Positions 13,681-25,345 are shown, counted from the stretch's first letter. The stretch is DNA of 64,000 bases from Raja brachyura (GCA_963514005.1 OY740795.1:310001-374000), one strand, 5' to 3'. The notes: generated by a model not told the origin, from the letters alone. Numbers and translations are program-made.

Positions 13681-13955
13681 GTTACCGTTATTCAATCCGA
13701 CGCTGTTCACCCCAAGCTCTGACTCACCGATTACTGTATTCAGGTAAAATATACCGTACGTCTAACAGTATCAGTGGCCCCAAGTTCGACTCTCTAGATT
13801 TGTGATTAGTCGGATTATTTGGCAAATAAGCTTGCCGTGTAGTTACGCGATTGGCCAACTAACTGGGATACACGTTTGTGTACACTGCGATGACGATCCA
13901 TTCCATCTATAACAATAAAATACCAGGTTATTCTGCCGATCACTTATGTTCTCAG

Positions 13956-15060
13956 CTGCATGTTATGTAAGGCAGCAACTCTACTGCTGCGCTCCCGTGG
14001 CCGCCCGGAATGTAATTTGGTTGGGTTTGAATGGTGGGCAGGATAAATAATTCACGCGAATGCTTTGCGGTCTCGGAGCGCACAGTGAATGGTGGTATAT
14101 GAACACAACGCTTTTTCGCGGGGAATAATAAAGATGTGCACCAAGTTACCAAAGGTTTCCACACGCTAAAAAAAACCTTCAAAAATAACTGGCGTTCTCC
14201 TCCTTCAATAAACTGTGATCTGGTAAATGTTTGATGAAGCGAGGTGTGGATCTCATTATTCAAACTGGAGATGAACAACCATTGAAACAATTTGCAGCAA
14301 TATGCAGTGTGACATTCCGTTGTTCAAGTAGAGGAGCGTCTTGGCGTTCAACTTTTCATCTCAATCTCGGGTTCCATGCCTTTCTCTTAACATCTCCTCT
14401 GTGCCATTTTACAAAGCCCTTGCCCACATATCGCCCCTACTCGTGCCTTGGCTCTTATCTGCTTTCGTCCCCATGACAAAGTTCTATAGTTTTAATATTA
14501 TTATCAGTGAAATTAGTTTTATGTATGTTGCAAGATAATTCATTGAATTATTTGAGAAATTCGTGTCACTGTTATTTTGAAGAGCGCGCACCAGTGTGAA
14601 AATCTTTGGCGACTTGATGCCTATCTTTATCATTCTCTGAGAACATTCCTGTTACCGATATTCAACCTGACGTGGTTCACCCCAAGCTCTGCCTCACTGA
14701 TTACTGTATTCAGATAACATATACCGTACGTCCAATAGTAGCAGTGCCCCCAAGTTCGACTCTGTGGATCAGTGATTAGTCGGAGTATTTGGCAAATAAG
14801 GTTGCAGTGTAGTTACCCGATTGACCAACTAACTGGGATACACGCCTGTGTACACTGCGATGACGACCCATTCCATCTATAACAATAAAATGCCAGGTTA
14901 TTCTGCCGATCACTTATTTTCGCTGCTGAGTTCAGGCAGACCAATAACATTCGAACATTTTAAGTGACTCCAAGATTTTCCAGAAACATATCCACTTTAA
15001 TGATGAAATTTTATGCAGATAATTTTCATCTTGTTTCTTTCGCTTTCTTATGTAGAAATT
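13956..15060. repeat. Copy C of the ~1.1-kb locally duplicated unit
   Basis: Colinear with 586-1715. Confidence 0.85.
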
Positions 15061-16661
15061 TGCATCGTGCTAAGCGTTTATTCCGTATATCTAATCCGTT
15101 CTACCAGAACAGCCTTCCAGTCCATTCTTGAAAGCAATCATGAATTGATCCAATTCCGTGTAAATAATATGAAACCTTACTTATACCAGGGAAGAGAACA
15201 CGGTTGACAATTTCGCAATGCGTTGTTCATTTTCTGGTTTCCTTATGATGCAGCACATATTACATTTACCTTGTGCTGTGGAGATTGAAGCAATTGAGCA
15301 ATTGAGTCAGACAACACAAAAGTGGTCCGTGTATTCCTTCCAGCCCCCTTTGATCATCAACCTCTCATGCTCACCGGTCTATTTCCGTCTCAGTAAATTC
15401 CCATCAATTGCATGCCTTCGCGTATTCCACACACACACCCTCAGTTTCTGCCACTCACCCGCACACGTGGAGCAACTTACATTGGTCAATCGACTATCTG
15501 CCACACGGCTCCTTGACGTGGGTGGACATCGGAGTCTCCGAAAGAAATGCACGCGGTCCCACACGAAGTGCAAGGTCCATGTTGCTGACAATGGAGGCCA
15601 GGAATGAACACAGGTTGTTTGTTTTCTAATGAAGCTGCGCCGGCCAGTAGCACTGGACAATTATCAGTTAATTTAATAATCTGCTACGTACAACGAGTTT
15701 CTCGCCGCTGGCTTCACTCTGCAACACACAGCAGGACATAACACGATATGTCCTGCATATCATGTTAAACAAATACCCATACCATATCCCAAAATATCAT
15801 ATTAAGCCCGATGCCTCGATAAACGGTGCTTCCAAGTTCATAAGTTACAAGAGCAGAAGTAGGCCAATCCACCGATTCAATCATGGCTGATCTATCTTGT
15901 CCTCTTCACCACATGCTCTTGCTTTCTCCCCATAACCCCTCACACCAGTACTAATCTAGAATCTGTCTATCTCCACGTCAGAAGTATCTATTGACCGCCT
16001 GCACATACATTTGTGAGAATTAATTATTCCATAGATTCATCACCCTGCGAAGAAATAAATTCCTCCTCATCTCCTTTCTAAAGACACGTCCCTTTAATCT
16101 GAGGCTATGGCTATAATTTTACAAGCCAAATAATGAAAATGTTTTAAATAATTATGGATCACTGTCAGATATATTCTGACTGGACTAAAGGCCCGATTAG
16201 CTCCAAGATCAGTATCAATCGGGATGCAATGCTACCACGACAAGATACGTTAGCGGGATTTTGACACCGTCGTGTCCATGTCTTAAAGAGAGGAGCAGTC
16301 ATCAAGCTTCAGGAAGTGTCACCCCACGGTGGCAATGCCACAATCTTCACTCACTCCCCCTGCAGGGAAGTGGGAGTGTCAGTGTTCGTGGGCAAGGCCA
16401 CACCTCGAATCCCCCACTCACCACTGCGCTTGAGAGTTGCGGAGGCGGGACTCCAACGTGAGCAAACGGCATACAACGCAGCGGAAACAAAAGGGAATTA
16501 CTCCGAATTAAACACACAAGCTTAGTCGCGCAACACACGGGCACACATCCACAAGTTATCGACTCAACACCAAACAATGTTAATTAACGCCATGTCCTTA
16601 GTTGCCTCAGACCAGATTTGAGCGAGAATCCTGGTTTTATCTGCAGCAAAAGTTGCCAAAC

Positions 16662-17188
16662 ATGTTGAAAAATCAACAATCGGTTCTGGGCAACCGAGCG
16701 AAGGGTATCCTTTTTGCTTTGTCTCTGTGTGTCTCCCGGTCTGGTGAGTTTTAGTTAAAACACACTGGCGCCCTTTACATTTGTTATCATTGCACCCGAA
16801 ACTCTTCCCAATAAGCAGCGGTTTCAGGGTTTAAGCATCGTTCTACGTCTTCCTCTGACGACGCAATGAACCAACCCGTCTCTCTGTTTAATTTCAGGTA
16901 CGTTCAGTCAGCAAGTGTTACAAAGCCCGCCCGCGATAAGTCGGATGTAATGCCAGTCTGTTAATATCACCTGTCGCTTCACTGATGACGCTGCCGTGGG
17001 GTACAAATTGGAGCGCTGGCTTGTCTTCAGGAAAGCCGATCGGACAAACTGGGAGTTGGTGTTACCCGGTGGGCGATTTGTCGCGGCCACTAGTGCGACA
17101 GAAAACCCTTTTACTCTCAACATTCTGCTTTTGAGAATTGAAGACAGCGCCAACTATTACTGCAAGGCCCAGTACAGGGACTGGAGCA
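16662..17188 (+). pseudogene. VNAR-like (NAR-TCR type) V segment with one in-frame stop (V2)
   Basis: Leader exon 16662-16743 (MLKNQQSVLGNRAKGILFALSLCVSRS|G, GTGAGT donor). V exon from 16898: GTFSQQVLQSPPAISRM*CQSVNITCRFTDDAAVGYKLERWLVFRKADRTNWELVLPGGRFVAATSATENPFTLNILLLRIEDSANYYCKAQYRDWS. The short RK..TN.E...GGRFV segment lacking CDR2 matches the VNAR pattern. There is an extra Cys in the A-B loop and a TAA at 16948-16950. Confidence 0.82.
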
Positions 17189-17228
17189 CACACTGTTGCG
17201 AATCTGCCACTTTCCCTTCACAAAAACT
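17189..17228 (+). other. 23-class RSS of the NAR-type V
   Basis: Nonamer ACAAAAACT at 17220-17228. The heptamer is either CACACTG (17189-17195, spacer 24) or CACTGTT (17191-17197, spacer 22). Confidence 0.75.
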
Positions 17229-17540
17229 CCCACTGCTTGACAGGAAATTAATGGACTTGACTTGGAAATTAATCCACCTCCAAGGTCCACGACTCGCGAT
17301 TATACCTCTAATTGTTTTTTTGCCTAAAAGGCGAAAGGACGTTGCAGTTCACATGTTGCGTTTGCCAAGGAGGATTGCTTTGCGCGGGATTCGACATCGA
17401 AGGGGATTGCAAATTACAGCTGTTGAACAGGAACTAAACATGTAACTTCCCTTCTTGCGACACGAGACAGCACGTTGCTACAAAGACTGGAACCGGGATT
17501 CCTGGTCTACACCGTTCAACCAATGTCGGCCGAGCTGCAG

Positions 17541-17568
17541 GGATATTGTGCTGATTGCAAGCAGTGTG
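17541..17568 (-). other. 12-RSS 5' of the J segment
   Basis: Plus strand reads GGATATTGT - 12 nt (GCTGATTGCAAG) - CAGTGTG. Confidence 0.85.
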
Positions 17569-17634
17569 TGGCTGCCTGGGGAGAGAAATCTGAGTATGTG
17601 GATGGAACCGGGACGGAGGTGGCTGTGACATCTG
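17569..17634 (+). CDS. J segment, NAR/NAR-TCR type
   Basis: Encodes AAWGEKSEYVDGTGTEVAVTS|G, with a DGxGT motif like IgNAR J rather than FGxG. It is preceded by a 12-RSS and followed by a phase-1 GTAAGT donor at 17635. Confidence 0.87.
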
Positions 17635-18609
17635 GTAAGTCCACCCCAACATCGCCCTTTCGCAGTTAATCACACGTTCACAGAAACCATCAGTTTTGGT
17701 AAGTTTGACAAAGTCCGCAATGGAAACCGCTGTCAGGAGATTTGCCTTGCAAGTTTCGATGTTCGAAAATCAATGTAATCGCGATACTGTAAAATACGCA
17801 AATATCGCGGAATCAAGAGGCATTCTAGAGGTTGGAAATTTGCAAGAATTGCATATTTATTTGTTTAAATTGGACCACAAATTGCTCAAATATTTATGAA
17901 GGTCTACGATAAAAAGTTGTAACTGTGCACTCGAAAAATCGCTTGGGGAGCTTAGAACCCAGCGGTATGAACGTTGATTGTTTTTCTACTTTCAAGTAAC
18001 TCCTGCATTCCTTCCCCCACCCTCTCATTGTCCCTCCCCCGCCCGAGTCATTCTACGAGTTCCACTATTCGTATCATTGTATCAATGTCGTTAGCACACT
18101 CTCAGACAACAATGGCACAATATATATTCTATTCTTCCTGAGGTCATCTGTTGCCGGCCCGTTTTGTTCTGGTCTTCCCTATCTTTCAGCATGAAGAAAG
18201 GTTTCGACCAGAATCGTCATATATTCCTTTTCGCTGGACATGGTGCCTGACCGGCTGAATTGCTCCAGCATGTTGTGTCTATCTTAGCTATAAACCAGCA
18301 TCTGCAGCTCTTTCCTGCACGTTTGCATAAATTGATGGTTATTTGGTCAGTATACACATACATGATAGAGAGCATAACATTTATTTCCAGACACATTCTA
18401 GTAATGTAACATTGACGATTGCCCAATTGTCTTCAATTTGGTGAATAGTGGCTGACGACCATTACCTTGTTGTTGTTATGCTGGTTTAAGATGCCTCAGA
18501 TGGTTCAGTTGCCTTCCCAAATGGTTCAGCTGGGAAGAAACTGCAGTTGAATCTGGAGGGATGACTTTGCACACGACTGTGCCTCTTGTCTGATGGGAAA
18601 AGGGGAGAA

Positions 18610-19730
18610 ACATAGAAATGTAGAAAATAGGTGCAGAAGCAGACCATTGCACCCTTCAAGCCAACACCGCCATTCATTGCGATCATGGCTGATCGTCCCT
18701 AATCAATAACCCGTGCCTGCCTGCCCCCCATATGCATTGATTCCACTAGCCCCTAGAGCTCTATTTAACGCTCTCTTAAATCCACCCAGTGATTTGGCCT
18801 CTATTGCTCTCTGTGGCAGGGAATTCCACAAATTCACAACTCTCCGGGTGAAAAGGTTTCTTCTCGCCTCAGTCTTAAATGGCCTCCCCTTTATTCTAAG
18901 ACTGGGGCGCCTGGTTCCTGGCTCGCCCAACATTGGGTACATGTTTCCTGCATCTAGCTTGCCCAGTACATTTATAATTGTATATGGTTCTATAACCATA
19001 AACTGAGATTAGCATACAAACTTAAAGCACACGGTATTGGGGGTTCAGTATTGATTTGGATAGAGAACTGGCTAGCAGACAGGAGGAAAAGGGTAGGAGT
19101 AAACGGGTCATTTTCAGAATGGCAGGCAGTGACTAGTGGGGTGCCGCAAGGCTCAGTGCTGGGACCCCAGCTATTTACAATATATATTAATGATTTGGAC
19201 GAGGGAATTCAATGCAACATCTCCAAATTTGCAGATGATACCAAGCTGGGGGGGTATAGTTAGGTGTGAGGAGGATGCTTGGAGGCTGCAGTGTGATTTG
19301 GATAGGCTGAGTGAATGGGCAGATGCATGGCAGATGCAGTATAATGTGGATAAATGTGAGGTTATCCTCTTTGGTGGCAAAAACATGAGGGTAGACTATT
19401 ATCTGAATGGTGGCAGATTAGGAAAGGGGGAGATGCAACGAGACCTGGGTGTCATGGTACACCAGTCATTGAATGTAGGCATGCAGGCGCAGCAGGCAGT
19501 GAAGAAAGCAAATGGTATGTTAGCATTCATAGCGAAAGGATTTGAGTATAGGAGCAGGGAGGGTCTACTGCAGTTGTACAGGGTTTTGGTGAGGCCACAC
19601 CTGGAGTATTGCGTACAGTTTTGGTATCCAAATCTGAGGAAAGACATCCTTGCCATAGAGGGGGTACAGAGAAGATTCACCAGACTGATTCCTGGGATGT
19701 CAGGACATTCATATGAGGAAAGATTGGATT
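18610..19730. mobile_element. CR1-type LINE with 5' inversion (3' end on the - strand at 18610-18999, upstream RT part on the + strand at ~19003-19730)
   Basis: The minus ORF 18703-18999 is the RT C-terminus. The plus ORFs 19051-19741 are the immediately preceding RT region and end at YEERLD. Confidence 0.8.
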
Positions 19731-19749
19731 TCCTCATATGAGGAAAGAT

Positions 19750-21050
19750 TGGATTCAACATGGATTTATGCCTGGAAGGTCATGTTTGACTAATCTTCCT
19801 GAATTTTTTGAAGAGGTTACTAGGGACATTGACGAGGGTAAAGCAGTGGATGTTGTCTATATGGACTTCAGTAAGGCCTTTGACAAGGTTCCTCATGGAA
19901 GGTTGGTTAAGAAGGTTCAACTGTTGGGTATAAATGCAGGAATAGCAAGATGGATTCAACAGTGGCTGAATGGGAGAAGCCAGAGAGTAATGGTGGATGG
20001 CTGTTTGTCGGGTTGGAGGCAGGTGACTAGTGGGGTGCCTCAGGGATCTGTGTTGGGTCCTTTGTTGTTTGTCATGTACATCAATGATCTGGATGAAGGG
20101 GTGGTAAATTGGATTAGTAAGTATGCAGATGATACCAAGATAGGGGGTGTTGTGGATAATGAAGAGGATTTCCAAAGTCTACAGAGTGATTTAGGCCAGT
20201 TAGAAAAATGGGCTGAAAGATGGCAGATGAAGATTAATGCTGATAAATGTGAGGTGCTACACCTTGGCAGGACAAATCAAAATAGGACGTACATGGTAAA
20301 CGGTAGGGAATTGAAGAATACAGTTGAACAGAGGGATCTGGGAATAACCGTGCATAGTTCCTTGAAGGTGGAATCTCATATAGATAGGGTGGTAAAGAAA
20401 GCTTTTGGTATGCTAGCCTTTATAAATCAGAGCATTGAGTATAGAAGCTGGGATGTAATGTTAAAATTGTACAACGCGTTGGTGACACCAAATCTGGAGT
20501 ATGGTGTGCAGTTTTGGTCACCCAATTATAGGAAGGATGTCAGCAAAATATAGAGGGTACAGAGGAGATTTACTAGAATGTTGCCTGGGTTTCAACAGCT
20601 AAGTTACAGAGATAGGTTAAATAAGTTAGGTCTTTATTCTCTGGAGCGCAGAAGGTTAAGGGGGGACTTGATAGAGGTCTTTAAAATGATGAGAGGGATA
20701 GACAGAGTTAATGTGGACAAGCTTTTCCCTTTGAGAATAGGGAAGATTCAAACACGAGGACATGACTTTAGAATTAAGGGACAGAGGTTTAGGGGTAACA
20801 TGAGGGGGAACTTCTTTACTCAGAGAGTGGTAGCGGTGTGGAATGAGCTTCCAGTGGAAGTGGTGGCGGCAGGTTCGTTGGTATCATTTAAAAATAAATT
20901 GGATAGGCATATGGATGAGAAGGGTATGGAGGGTTATGGTATGAGTGCAGGCAGGTGGGACTAAGAGAAAAAAGTTGTTCGGCACGGAGTTGAAGGGCCG
21001 AGATGGCCTGTTTCCGTGCTGTAATTGTTATATGGTTATATGGTTATATG
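19750..21050 (+). mobile_element. CR1-type LINE (second subfamily), 5'-truncated, with (GGTTATAT)n tail
   Basis: [54 protein letters not shown]. The tail repeat is at ~21028-21051. Confidence 0.93.
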
Positions 21051-21241
21051 GTGAAACACTCAGCAGAAACCACGTGAGATTAACTTTCGGTAATTTCAGT
21101 GACGATATTCAGAAAAGTCAATTTGCAGCGACGTGACAGCGTGGGGGATGATGAGTGAGTTTCTGTTGATTGTGGCAATCTATATCCTGCCTTTCCAAGC
21201 CTGCCTTTATCGCTTGAAATCGGAGGTCTACACAATGGTGA

Positions 21242-21280
21242 GGTTTTTGTATAACGATTGAACTGGTAACAGCCACTGTG
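21242..21280 (-). other. Consensus 23-RSS of V3
   Basis: Minus strand reads CACAGTG - 23 - ACAAAAACC. Confidence 0.95.
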
Positions 21281-23309
21281 TTACTTAGAGCACATAAGTA
21301 AACGGCGGAGTCGGATAGTTGCAGCCCAGATATAGTTAACTTGGTGACTTTGGCCCCTGTCAGGAGATCCGCTGAAAGCCTCGTTTTAGCAAAATCGGCG
21401 CTCTCCCCACCACCGAATGAATATTTCGTTAGGATAAACTGAAGCTGTTTGTCCGGGTTTTGCCGGTACCAGGACAACACATATGCATTCAATGCAGTAT
21501 CATACGTGCAGCTTAGAGTGACCAGTTCCTCGTCTGACTTCAAGCTCGCTGGCGGGCTTTGTGACAGAATCTCCATCACCTCGTTCTGTAAAACAAGAAA
21601 TAAACTGACAACCAGATAATATTGATCACATAGGGGCCGCGGAGGCAAACAGCCATGCCGCTGAGGTCCTCTGGGGGGCACTCGGTCGCAGGAGGCTCCC
21701 TGATCGCTGGACGCTGATCGGGGGCCGTGTGATGCGAGCAACGCCCGTTCGCGGGTCGAATTGTTCAGCTCAAGGTTTCAGTGGATTGGGGCACTGTAGG
21801 TCCCGCAACAAGCTGTGCCACAATTGGGTCAGGCGATGCAACAAATGCGGCACAGTGGCGCAGTGGTAGAGCTGTCGCCGACTGCGCCGCAGATCCAGCT
21901 TCGATCTTGAGAACGGGCGCCGCCTGCGTGGGGTTTCGCCTGGTGCTCTGGTTTCCTCGCACATCCCATTGGCGTGCGGGTTTGGAGGTTGCTAGGCTTC
22001 TCCAAGTTGTCCCTAGCCTGTAGAATGGAACTAGTATGGGCGGTCGCTGGTCTGCGTGGACTAGATGGGCCCAAGTGCCTCTATACAAGTTGTATATCTA
22101 ATCGAAATGAGTCGAAACTATACAAAAATCGGCATGCGCGCTGAGAGGACGCGGCCTGCAGGAAAGAGGAAGAGTCGAGCAGATCCACATAATCGTCTGG
22201 CCAGGCCGAATCCTGAAACACAAAGCCAGTGTAGCCGCCACGCCAACTGGTCTTTATGCTAAAAGTGTTAAGGAATAACACTTATAACAACTGTGAACAT
22301 GGAGGATGAAAGATGTCGCCGAAAACATAGCAAGTATTTTGTACTGCCTCAGGGTAATCTGCTATACTTACATGTTCATAATAGCTCATCAGTTCTAGGA
22401 GCAGAATTAGGCCTTGCGGCCCATAAAGTCTACCCCTCCATTGAAGCATGGCTGATCTATCTGTCCCACCTAAATCCATTCCCCTGCCTTCTGCCCATAA
22501 CCCCTGAAAACCGAGCTAATCACGAATTCTCATTTGACTTGGCCCCCATCGACGCATGTGGTGATGAATACCACACATTCACCACCAACTATTGAAATAA
22601 ATTCCTTCTAATTTCCTTTTCAATCAAAAGTACGCCCTTTTATTCTGAGGCTATGCTCTCTCATCCTCGACTCTCCCTCTCGTGGAAACATCTTCTGTAC
22701 ATTCGATCCAGCACTTTTAGTATTCGGTCAGTTTCAAATAGGTTCCCCCTCATCCTTCAAAACTCCAGGCAATACAATGCCTGTTCCTTCAAACGCTCAT
22801 CACATGTTAACCCACTTATTCGTGGGTAGAGTTGTTTAAGAAATAACAGCAGATGCCGGAAAAATCGAAGGTAGACAAAAACGTCGGAGGAACACCACGA
22901 ATTATTCGTGGGATAATTCTGGTAAACCGCCTCTGGACCCTCCACACCGCCAACACATCCTTCCTCAGATATAGGGCACAAAGCTGGACATTCGAATATA
23001 AGGATAATTGTTCAGATATCGACTGAATTGTATGATTGTTCAGATGTCGACTGAATTTCATTTTACCGCTGCTGGCATATTTATTTCACTGCACTTATAT
23101 GTGTATGTGATGAATAAAACCGATTGATTGATTGATTGTTTGATTTAAATAATTCCATGGTACCCGAGTAGGTGTGACAATAAAATACCATTGAATCATT
23201 GAACGTCAAAGAGATCCAGCAGCCAGAGAGACTAAATTATGTTTGATTCACACTTACCTGGCAGAAGCGCTGTCAAAAAGCAGAAATGCAAGAATCGCAT
23301 AGCATCCAT
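21281..23309 (-). pseudogene. TCR alpha/delta-type V, frameshifted (V3)
   Basis: Leader exon 23309-23258 (MDAMRFLHFCFLTALLP|G, GTAAGT donor). The ~1.7-kb intron is expanded by repeats. The V exon spans 21585-21281. The spliced frame ERGDGDSVT is out of register with QSPPASLKSDEELVTLSC...WYRQ...SDSAVYLCALS, consistent with a 2-nt loss near 21560. Confidence 0.82.
21848..22100 (+). mobile_element. tRNA-derived SINE
   Basis: A box TGGCGCAGTGGTAGAG and a B-box-like GCTTCGATC. The body resembles the SINEs at 55722-56130 (+) and ~11280-11575 (-). Confidence 0.7.
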
Positions 23310-24126
23310 TCGGATTGTAGATTGTGTAGATGTAGCAAAGAGGGTCACGAAGAAGTAACTACGACAAGAGATGAAATGGTGGATCTCAGCATTTGAAGGT
23401 ATATCTGGCGCCCTCCCACAGGAATCTGCTTGCGATCATCATGACCCTCTCTGCGCCACTACCTGTTGTCTCTGTTGGTGCAGTGGGATCGGTGGGCGGG
23501 GTTCAACAGTAACACTTGCAGCTGAGCATCAGTTCGTTTTATTACCGGACGCACATTCGATTGAGGATTCATCTGGGGTAGCTGATGCCTTTGTCTGGCT
23601 TTTTCAACGGTGGGTCTCTGCGCATAATTAATGGAAAAAGATAATTCTCATCAATCAGAAAATTCCTGAGTGATCCTAAACATAATTCACCAAATTACTC
23701 GAGACTCTCTTCGGACATACATCAGATAGAACATTATATATTTGGTTCGCCAGACACGATGAGATTCATCGTGAATTCAAAGCGCTAAATTCAAGCATCT
23801 GGGTTATGTCTGCAATTTTCATTTCTTGGACATCAAGTCTGGCGTTGCCGTTAGGCGAATTACAAGGAAACGGGAAAAGCTATCCTTGTCAGTGTCATCG
23901 ATGATACTTGTTATTAAGACAAGGCCTTCTTCCTTTGCCCATCAGTTTTGGGACAAGTATCTATTTCACTTGGCAGTGAAGGGAAGATGAAAATGAATAG
24001 TGAACGCAGAATAGTACAGGAACTGTCCCCATATTTGTTTCGAAAACGATTCTAAGATAAAGGAACATTATCCGCATACACATTATCTATATCCCTATTG
24101 ACATGTCCAAGTGCCTAAATGACAGT

Positions 24127-24208
24127 TACCAGGAATGGGTTCGAACTCACGTGAACACTCGTTCATTGGATCTAAAGTCCAACGCCTTAACCTCTCGGCC
24201 ATCCTGGT
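24127..24208 (-). tRNA. tRNA-Leu(TAA)-derived gene with TTA (ochre-suppressor) anticodon, probably a pseudogene
   Basis: Minus strand: ACCAGGA TG GCCGAGAGGTTAAGGC G TTGGA-CT-TTA-GA-TCCAA TGAAC-GAGT-GTTCA C GTGAG-TTCGAAC-CCAT TCCTGGT A. The body is of the vertebrate Leu-TAA type with a long variable arm. The T-stem is one nt short on its 3' side. Confidence 0.8.
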
Positions 24209-24332
24209 AGTCGGAAGTAAAGGCATTTCTGTGCATAAATGTTGATTTTCAATTCGTTATTATTCGCCATGTTGGCCTATGAGGACCAATATAAAACAGG
24301 GAAGGCCCGTTTTTTTCCAGACGAGTGCACGA

Positions 24333-24346
24333 CTGCCATCTGCTGG
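24333..24346 (-). promoter_or_regulatory. CTCF-like motif
   Basis: Minus strand reads CCAGCAGATGGCAG. Confidence 0.6.
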
Positions 24347-25306
24347 AAAGCGCCAGTATTACACCCGGCGTCCATATATTCTGTTCTGTGCAGTTTTACA
24401 AGCAAATGTCCACGATATCCATCACATCATTCGGCTATCCGAACACAGAAAAAAGCATAACGGAGACATTGTGAATTACTTTATTGTGAGAATAATTTAA
24501 CTTAACTTGAAATCATGTGTGGCGCCGTCATTGTATGTATGTCTGTATGTGTGTTTGGGCGGGGGGAGGGACTGTTCCCGATTATGCTGTCAAATGTTCT
24601 GTGTTTAAAATGTTCATTAATAATTTTATAGAGGTGTATAAAACCATGAGGGGAGCTGCACAACCTCTTGCCCCGAGTACGTGAAACGAGGCCCAGAGGG
24701 CGTAAGTTTAAGAAGGGGAAAAGATTTAATAAGAATCTGAGGGGTAATCATTTGACACGAAGTGTGTGTGGGGTGGGGGTAGTGCAACAAGCTGCCAGAG
24801 GAGGTAGTGGAGGCAGGGACTATCCCAACGTTTAATGAACAGTTGCATAGGTACCTGGCTTGAGGGGATATGGGCCTAACACGGGCAGGTGGGACTAATG
24901 TAGCTGGGACATGTTAGCAGATGTGGGAAGTTGTGCAGAATGGCCTGGGCCCACACTCTATCGCTACATGGCCATAACTCTAAATCATAAATTTATGTAT
25001 CCATATGTATGGATATGTATAGACAGCACCCGAGATCAGATTCTAACCTGGGAATCGGTGGGCCGACGTGCCTATGCCCATACTGTAACTTAATTAAACT
25101 AAACTGCAATACACTAAACTAAACTGAACTAAACAAAACAAAACTAAACTAAACTAAACTAAACGAATCTAAACCAAACTAAACGACGACATTATTTAAA
25201 ATGAAAAGTACACAATTGATCCATAATGCTCAGATTTTGGTTCACGTTGCATCCTATCGAAATATAGATGTGCAATCAAATTCAGTGAAATGGGGGCGGA
25301 GTTCTT

Positions 25307-25345
25307 AGTATTTGTAAGGGCGAACAAAGCACCATACACACCGTG
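25307..25345 (-). other. 23-RSS of V4
   Basis: Minus strand reads CACGGTG - 23 - ACAAATACT. Confidence 0.9.

Noticed and set aside
17461-17488. CACGAGA-12-ACAAAGACT as the 3' RSS of a D segment
   Set aside because: The heptamer is poor, there is no matching 5' RSS, and a 12 spacer could not pair with the J 12-RSS.
21586-21741. N-terminus of the 207-aa ORF as a single-exon intact V
   Set aside because: The sequence is intronic. The real leader is at 23309-23258 and splices out of frame.
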